From NCBI RefSeq assembly GCF_036365525.1, contig NC_090412.1:11822123-11886122 (forward strand): a stretch of 64,000 nucleotides of DNA, given 5' to 3'. The notes beneath the pieces are model-generated. The model was not told the DNA's origin and did not search any database. It saw nothing but the letters and a program-made list of their open reading frames with translations. Position numbers and translations under genes: made by a program. Origin of the DNA: Heterodontus francisci. Lineage: Eukaryota. Below, piece after piece: positions 56,461-64,000 of the stretch; within the stretch, counting starts at the first letter, position 1, and each line of letters starts with the position of its first letter.

Positions 56461-56847
56461 TCTGAAATGAAGTGACGTTGGCAGTCTCAACCTTGTTTGT
56501 ATTAATATGAGACAATGGTTTAAAGCTGCTAGCACCTTGATATAAATTGGCAATTGTTTGGCAGCTAAGGTGACTGGTGTGTTGCAATTATACCTTTCAA
56601 GCAATGGGGGAGTTCTGTAGAATGCTTCTAGATGGATGAATTAAAATCGGCCAAATTGCCTCCGTCATCTGTAATTATTTTGCGAACCTACAAACTTAAA
56701 ATCAAGTCCTAAATGTTAGGAATAAAGAGCCAAAATTCAGGGGCAGTTTATTCTGCATAGTTTACTGAATATCCAAATGACCTAATATTATTATTTGCAT
56801 ACTTCTAAAGATTTTAATGCATTGGTTAGACTTCCACAGGCCAGATA

Positions 56848-57192
56848 GGGGGCAGCACAGTGGCGCAGTGGTTAGCACCGCAGCCTCACAGCTCCAGCGA
56901 CCCAGGTTCATTTCTGGGTGCTGCCTGTGCAGAGTTTGCAAGTTCTCCCTGTGTCTGCATGGGTTTCCTCCGTGTGCTCCGGTTTCCTCCCACAGCCAAA
57001 AGACTTGCAGGTTGATAGGTAAGTTGGCCATTATAAATTGCCCCTAGTATAGGTAGGTGGTAGGGGAATATAGGGACAGGTGAGGATGTGGTAGGAATAT
57101 GGGATTAGTGTAGGATTAGTATAAATGGGTGGTTAATGGTCGGCACAGACTCGGTGGGCCGAAGGGCCTGTTTCAGTGCTGTATCTCTAAAT
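56848..57192 (+). mobile_element. tRNA-derived V-SINE (HE1-like)
   Basis: ggcagcacagtggcgcagtggttagcacc...gagtttgcaagttctccctgtgtctgcatgggtttcctcc...gggccgaagggcctgtttcagtgctgtatctctaa. Confidence 0.88.
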
Positions 57193-57707
57193 CAAATACA
57201 TATTGAAGGAATTTCAGTTTTGAATGTGTCTTCTCAATCAAGCAGATTAACACCTTCATATATTTTGATGGCACGTAGATTAAGCTCTAAAATATGTTGC
57301 ATCACAATATGATACAGCATTTGATCATTCAGACTGAAAAGAAGCATTTTATGTCAATGCCATATTTCCTTTACTCCACCACCACTTGCCGCAACTCCAA
57401 AAAGCGGTCGTAAACATCGTGAAATTTGGGAATTCATCAATAAAGTCACGACAGTAAGATGGCACTGAAGTTGACTTGTAAAGTTAGACTGTCCCAATGA
57501 AATCTGTCCATTAGGGTGGTATGGCAACATTGGTCAGGGATCTTGACCATTGACAAGCAGAAATCCAGGTGCCCATTGTCCATGATTTTGTGCTGTACAT
57601 GACTGAGTGTAATATTGGGTGCGGAAAGTGGACCTGTGTTGCATTCTCAACACGAGCAGGCTTCATCTTGACATCGTAAAACACACCCCAACATTTCTAT
57701 CAAGTAA

Positions 57708-58210
57708 GGTGGGTTTTCCAAGAGGTTTCATACTGAGCAGCTAGCCAGTTAGAGAATGTCTACACTTATGGACAGGTCGAAGGAGGTAAGGTTTTCAGTG
57801 GGGGGGGAGGGAACAGGGTCAAATAAACGAAATGGGTGTAGAGGATGGTGGGAAGTGTTGAACTGTAAACTTTGTGCAGTTTGGGGTAAAGGTCGGATGT
57901 TAAAGGTAATTGTTTTGGGGGGAGAGGGCAAATAGTCAATGTAATTGTTATTGAGGGGGTGGGAAAGGGGCATTGCAAATTTATTTATTTAATTTTGGGG
58001 GTCTGTCTTTAAAAATTTAAATTAGGCGTAGGGCTAGCTGCCCTTTAAAAATGACGCCAGCACACACAGCTGATGCCATTGCTGAAGACGGACAGCCCAG
58101 CCCCTCCATGAGATTGGGGTGTGAGGTGGGTTACCCCGGCTATTTAATTGAGCCACTGTGCTCAAGATCATAGCGGCTCTTGGGCGTGAGTTCATCACTG
58201 AAAATCCAGT
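57708..58210. mobile_element. Older diverged copy of the same MITE family as 10142-10929
   Basis: Shared blocks gggcaaata, tatttattt..tctgtctttaaa, gtagggct..tgcc(c)tttaaaaatg, cagctga..ccattgctg..ggacagccc, gctattt and terminal aaatccag. Boundaries approximate. Confidence 0.6.
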
Positions 58211-59207
58211 TGCATATACCCAGCTTTGCCCCATATCCCTTAATGTCTTCATACATCACAAAGTAACATGACATTATCAATATTTTATTTTCTTCAAATT
58301 GCTTGGTCAGTACGATAGAATATGGTCAGGTATGTTTTTTGCAAAATGTGCAACTGCATCACACCATCAGTCATTAGATTAACATTACCAATTTGAGGCA
58401 GATCTCTGTAATTGAAACACAGTTTGTTGTTGCATATCATTTTAAGCCTAAAAACTCTTTAATCTTTTTTAATTGAAGGTGGTACTGGGATATTTCCTTG
58501 AGCATTCTCCAGCAGGGTGATCCATTTGCCTGTCATAGCTTTAACAAAACAGGTTATTTTAAATTAAAACACAGGTTACTGCAGCACTACTTCAAATGTT
58601 GCTGTCTGTCTTTAATTGTGACATGTCGTTCCTTTTTATATTCAATTGATCTTTTAAAATTACTGTATACATTCATGTAGAAGATTGGAAACATAGGTCA
58701 ATGTTTGGGGGTTGGAAGTAGGAGATTGTCTTATATATAAGTCACGATGTGGGAGATGCAGATGGGAAGTGCATTCACCAACTTCTGACTCAATTTCACT
58801 TTACTGACTATCCTGGACTCTCCAGTGTTCCCTTCCCTTTGCTTCTTTTGCCATTCTCCTCTCTCAGGCTTACAATTTCTCACTCACTAACTGTGCATCG
58901 ATTGTGGCAGCATGTGGAACCGTCAGCACGTTTTAAAGCTGAATTTCTTGTTTTCCAGGATGCTGCGGTAACCAATGTGAGCATTTCAGCATATGCATCC
59001 ATTTTAGGTGGAAAGTAGAGGATGTCTTGTAGATAGGTCAACTTATATGCAGGTATATATGGTAATACAAGAGGTTGTGCCTGTATAGCCTGCAAAACTT
59101 TTAAACTTTGCACAGTATAGAAAACCATGTTTCTGGCATGTTTTAAAACCATTCATGTAGTATTTCAATCACATCATGTACTTTATTTTATTGTAGCAAA
59201 AAACACT

Positions 59208-59771
59208 TTATAAGTACAGTTTAGAAGCATCTTCATTCATTTTCTTTTCCAGGCGCTGTTTGAGCTCTGATACCAGGGCACTGTTGATGTTCGATGTCTT
59301 TCTTTTTGACTGCTGAGGGATATGGCTCCTCTTGGGACTAAGAGATCCCGACACCGTAGGCAGATTCCAATCTGGCTTGTTGAGTTTGGTTGGGAGTAAA
59401 GTTATTTGAGGAGGAAGCAAAGGTGCACATGGCAATGCCAGTGGGAGAGCTGGATGGTTATTTTTAGTGCTCACATTATGCAAATGTTGGTTGGCTTCAG
59501 AAACCATGAAACCAGTTGCTTTTTTGGTGAATTTCTTACTTTGGAACCATCCAGATTTGCGAGTTTGCAATTTATGGTGTGGCCTTTTCTTTATGATACG
59601 CCTCACTGGGCCAACTCTATTGGACTTTTTGTTCCGCCAAAACATGACCGTCGAAATTAAGATTGTAAGAATCACAAAAAAACAAACTATTCCTGCTATT
59701 ACTCCTAGGGCTTTCATGGGATTATCTTTAGATTGCAACAAGAAGTCTGCCATATGCCCTTTGCCAGAAGT
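59208..59771 (-). CDS. CDHR1: CDHR1 canonical last exon (TM + cytoplasmic tail)
   Basis: Acceptor ttttacag|ACT at 59771. Encodes TSGKGHMADFLLQSKDNPMKALGVIAG...TILISTVMFWRNKKSNRV...PTVSGSLSP...LVSELKQRLEKK, matching the vertebrate CDHR1 C-terminus. Confidence 0.92.
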   Translation of the reverse strand, partial: TSGKGHMADFLLQSKDNPMKALGVIAGIVCFFVILTILISTVMFWRNKKSNRVGPVRRIIKKRPHHKLQTRKSGWFQSKKFTKKATGFMVSEANQHLHNVSTKNNHPALPLALPCAPLLPPQITLLPTKLNKPDWNLPTVSGSLSPKRSHIPQQSKRKTSNINSALVSELKQRLEKKMNEDASKLYL

Positions 59772-60676
59772 CTGTAAAAGAGTACAAAGAAAACAAGTGA
59801 TTTAGTCCATCGGACTAGATTCTTCAATTGTACAAAACATATAGACCGTTCAATAGATATTCTGTTCTGGATACAATTTTCTCAAGTGTACAAAAGCCAC
59901 ACTTGCTCTTGGTTCCCTAGAGTAGCATTAATCACACTCATCCAATGTATTTTTAAGCAGTCTATAGTGTGGAGCCAAATTCAATAGTCAGGGAATGAAG
60001 TTCATTTCCAGTTCTCTAGTAAAACAGCTGCCAGATCACAAGATTTTCAGCTAGTGTGTAATGTAGATTAATTTACTCGCTGTTTCTTTTGTGCATTTTA
60101 AAAGTTATTTTTCGTCCCCAATTTTAAGCCCTTCCCTGTCATAGATTATTATCCAGCTGAGCGTTAGATAAGCAACCTGCTCCTTGGCCTCTAAGCAAAG
60201 CCAGCTTTAAGTCACTTGTTAAGACATGAGCAAGCCATCCAGGATGACTCACGCTGTGAGGAGGCACCTGTCTCAGATTAGATGATGAGCAGGATTAGAA
60301 GCTTTCCATATATGGGGAAACCATGGTGCAAATTGAGAAAATTGCCACATGGCATATTGGAGAATCAATGCCGCTTTCTGCTATGCCAGCTGGTACCCGG
60401 TGCAGGATATATGGGCAGTGATTGTCACAATGCAAAGTTCTGACATCAGAGCTTTCCATTGACTTTTGTACTCTTGCAAAAGATCATTACTCTGAGTGGT
60501 TCCACTGCATGGAAGGGCAGAGTCCATTACATTTCCAGTTATTGCTTCAGTACTCTTTTACAGACCTGCACAGTAGTAGTTGTTGGAAAAGGAAAAAAGA
60601 CATTTTTTTGCGTCTCCTCTGTCATATTGAGGATATGTGGAAATACAGTCCTGCACCGTCAGAGAAAGGGCACTAA

Positions 60677-60889
60677 TCAGCCACTTCTCTTTGTGGCGGG
60701 TCTCTTGACAATCTTTCGGACCGTGTTGCGTGGATGTATTCTGGATCTTTTCAAAGTTTTCCAGAACATCAGGCCAGATATAATTACTGCTAGAGAAACG
60801 ATGAAGGTGACCGTGCTCACACAAATCCTAAATATTCGCCATGGCTGGTTCCTTAGGCCCAAAATATAAGAGTTTAGTCTTGATTTAAT
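60677..60889 (-). CDS. CDHR1: Putative alternative CDHR1 terminal exon (second TM + short basic tail)
   Basis: Acceptor atttccag|ATT at 60889, in phase 0 with the upstream exon. The 70-codon frame IKSRLNSYILGLRNQPWRIFRICVSTVTFIVSLAVIISGLMFWKTLKRSRIHPRNTVRKIVKRPATKRSG* resembles the canonical TM/juxtamembrane segment. Confidence 0.6.
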   Translation of the reverse strand: MKSRLNSYILGLRNQPWRIFRICVSTVTFIVSLAVIISGLMFWKTLKRSRIHPRNTVRKIVKRPATKRSG

Positions 60890-62056
60890 CTGGAAATGTT
60901 AAAACATTGGATTTCAGTGACAAAGATCAAAGTGTTTGGTCAAACTTATGCTCCGAGATCAGTTTGTGCAAGTATGACATTCGGCTGTTAACCTGTCCTG
61001 ACACTAACATTTTAAAGTAATCTGGTTAAATTGAGAGCAGTAAAACAGAACCAACAAAGGAGATGGCAGATAAAAGGATAAGAAATATTTTCTCTTTCTC
61101 TTCGGTTTCTACCTTAACTTCATTTGCTTCAAGTTTGGGTTAAGAACACAAGATTAAAAGTTAGTTTAAAAGATTATTGTCTTTTTACATTTACCCTGAT
61201 GAGCCTAAGATCAGGGGTTTCTGCCCCGTGCACTTGCTGGCCCAGGTTTGCCTCCCATTCACTGGCAAGTGCAGAAGTGGAAAAACACGGCCAATGTAGA
61301 GAACTTCCAACCATTTATAAACACTCTGAACAGTCCAGTTTACAAAGCTGCCTTCATAGTGCTTAAGATTCCATCTATAAAGGTATAAATTTTACTCACT
61401 TCAATTTCTTTGATTCTATAATGACCATTTTTGCTGTATTTTAAAAATTGCTGTGTATAAAGGAATTAAATCTAAACCACGACTGCTTGTTATAAATAGT
61501 TAATAAATAATGGGAAAAATCTATCCCCACGATGGAATGGCACAGATCATTGCAAAGTACCTTTGGTGTAACAAATAACTGCGAGTATTTCATATGTGTC
61601 CTCTCATGAATTTGGAGGCAAGATCAGCAATGAGGCTTTCTTGCAGAATTGTTTCGATTTGCGCTTGGAGGAGAAAATGGCAGCTTCATCTTTGAATCAC
61701 ATGTAGCCTGAATAGTCTCAGTCTAAGCCCAACCTTTTGCTAGCACATGAGTGCAGAAAATCCTTGTTCTTTCCACCTCATTATTCATGTGAAGACACAG
61801 AATGAGCACCCACTACAGAAGAAGATACCCTCAAGTCAGTGTTTACAGTGTGACATGGGGCACATGAGAAATCCTATCACTGAGGCACACCATGTTATAT
61901 CCTCTGTAGGAGTACTGATTACTAATCAGTAGATGAAAATTGGATGGAGATGTTCTGTTGTTCTGAATTACTTATCTCCATCTCAACAATTCATTCAAAT
62001 CTGCCAGCATTTTACCTTTGCATTCTTGCATAGTTTACGTGTACACCTATACTTAC

Positions 62057-62311
62057 TTCCTCTGTGATATCAATCCTCACAACAGCTGTCGTGCTGAATG
62101 AAGGAGAGCCTCTGTCCTTAGCTTGCACCACCAGTGACCACTGACAGTCTTTAGTTCTGGTGATGTTGTGAATGACCTCCAGAGATTTGATATAGGACTT
62201 CAGCACTATCTCCCCTGTGGCTTCATCAATGTCGAAAACATTTGCAGGATCTGCTTGCATTATCGAATAATCTACAACATTATTCGGCTCTTCTGCATCT
62301 TCATCTTTGGC
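62057..62311 (-). CDS. CDHR1: CDHR1 (photoreceptor cadherin) exon encoding the last cadherin repeat
   Basis: Minus-strand acceptor ctgcag|GCC at 62311 and donor GAA|gtaagt at 62057 (255 bp, phase 0-0). Encodes [17 protein letters not shown]...ANVFDI...[19 protein letters not shown]. Confidence 0.93.
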
Positions 62312-62559
62312 CTGCAGTAAAAGTTTGACACACATGAAACAATTCATCAGATCTCTCCAAAAGCTCACATGAAGTGCAAGATTTTGGCACCAGCATTACT
62401 TTTAACATAACTGAACGGTAAATGTTCTCATCTGTGCAGTTGGGCAAAACAATATCCACTCAGCAACCCCCCTCCCCACCTCCGTGCTACTTGTCAATTT
62501 TAATAAGGGGTTTCTATTGCCCTCTCAGCTGCTGTGGCTACCATCTTGCAATTTTTTTT

Positions 62560-63240
62560 AGAACATTACAGCGCAGTACAGGCCCTTCGGCCCTCGATGT
62601 TGCGCCGACCTGTGAAACCATCTGACCTACACTATTCCATTTTCATCCATATGTCTATCCAATGACCACTTAAATGCCCTTAAAGTTGGCGAGTCTACTA
62701 CTGTTGCAGGCAGGGCGTTCCACGCCCCTACTACTCTCTGCGTAAAGAAACTACCTCTGACATCTGTCCTATATCTTTCACCCCTCAACTTAAAGCTATG
62801 TCCCCTCGTGTTTGCCATCATCATCCGAGGAAAAAGACTCTCACTATCCACCCTATCTAACCCTCTGATTATCTTGTATGTCTCTATTAAGTCACCTCTC
62901 CTCCTCCTTCTCTCTAACGAAAACAACCCCAAGTCCCTCAGCCTTTCCTCGTAAGACCTTCCCTCCATACCAGGCAACATCCTAGTAAATCTCCTCTGCA
63001 CCCTTTCCAAAGCTTCCACATCCTTCCTATAATGCGGTGACCAGAACTGCACGCAATACTCAAGGTGCGGCCTCACCAGAGTTTTGTACAGCTGCATCAT
63101 GACCTCGTGGCTCCGAAACTCGATCCCCCTACTAATAAAAGCTAACACACCATATGCCTTCTTAGCAGCTCTATTAACCTGGGTAGCAACTTTCAGGGAT
63201 TTATGTACCTGGACACCAAGATCTCTCTGTTCATCAACAC
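62560..63240 (-). mobile_element. CR1 3' fragment in a CDHR1 intron
   Basis: EQRDLGVQVHKSLKVATQV...LVRPHLEYCVQFWSP...FFTQRVVGAWNALP plus CR1 3' UTR. Confidence 0.92.
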
Positions 63241-64000
63241 CAATGGGACAAAGGATCATGAAGCCTATTTGAAGGCACCATCCTCTCATTTTGTTTTTTT
63301 TAAAATCTTTGCTGCTTGGAAATAATCACAGATGTGCTATAGAGATCTTTGTTTGATGAAGGTAGGACATAATGTGTTTAATTTTAAACTCTGCCTCTTC
63401 ACTAAGGTGTGTTCTCAGTTTGGCAATTTTTGTGATTTTTGCTCAGAAAGTGGCATTCCGTCCCTGAAACCCTCATCCACACCTTCACCACCTGGAGATT
63501 TGATTTGCCTAGTATGTTCCTCAGTGCCCTCACGGACTATAAGTGACACCAAATCATTAAGAACGCTGTCACCCACATTTTATCCCATACTAAATCCCAA
63601 ACACTATTGCCGCTGTCATGACTGACCTCCATTACTTGTACATCCACCAGTACATACAATTTTAAATCCTTGTTCTTGTTTCCAAATCACTTTATGGACT
63701 TGCTCCACAATACTTCTGCAGTCTTCCCCAATCCAGTGTCCTGTTATATGCCCTCTGCTCTCCCAACTGTGTTCTACAATAAGTCCCCTCTCTGTTCTTT
63801 GTAGGAACTTTAAGCCATCATGCCCCTGCATTCCTCAACCGTCTTTCTAAATCTTTCCATCTTCCTACTTCTTCCCACTGTCAAAGTTCTGTTTGAAACC
63901 TCTGTCTCTCTCACCACCCCTAGCATTCTCCCTTGCCTCCTGATTGGTGCCGTCCAATCTCTTGTAAAGCATATTGAGATGTTAATGTGCAATGCCATTG

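Noticed and set aside
56848-56925. tRNA gene
   Set aside because: It is the tRNA-derived head of a SINE, continuous with the V-domain and LINE-like tail.
60558-60824. 88-aa overlapping ORF as the alternative CDHR1 exon frame
   Set aside because: No hydrophobic segment and out of phase with the 60889 acceptor.
63450-64000. Short ORFs at the window end (and at 2620-2990)
   Set aside because: They look like heavily decayed L2-type LINE sequence, too degraded to call with confidence, and are not cadherin exons.

Overview
Vertebrate genomic DNA, most likely a cartilaginous fish (HE1/V-SINE-like, DeuSINE-like, CR1 and Penelope-like repeats). It covers the conserved retinal gene cluster: the last three coding exons of LRIT1 (+), LRIT2 (+) and the 3' end of CDHR1 (-). 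The dominant feature is a head-to-tail triplication of a 13,258-bp unit (11015-24272, 24273-37530, 37531-50788). The copies look identical and each carries a complete, intact 3-exon LRIT2 gene (564 aa). The distal breakpoint lies in the 10-bp loop of a near-perfect 333-bp-arm palindrome. That palindrome is a young Penelope-like insertion with a 15-16 bp target-site duplication and minimal hammerhead-like motifs. It is joined through 2 bp of microhomology (GT) to the interior of an old LINE. CDHR1 also appears to have a second, paralogous transmembrane/cytoplasmic terminal exon inside its last intron. The rest is intron and intergenic sequence with CR1 and other LINEs, SINEs and two MITE-like elements. 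Gene names come from recalled similarity to known vertebrate proteins, not from a database search.
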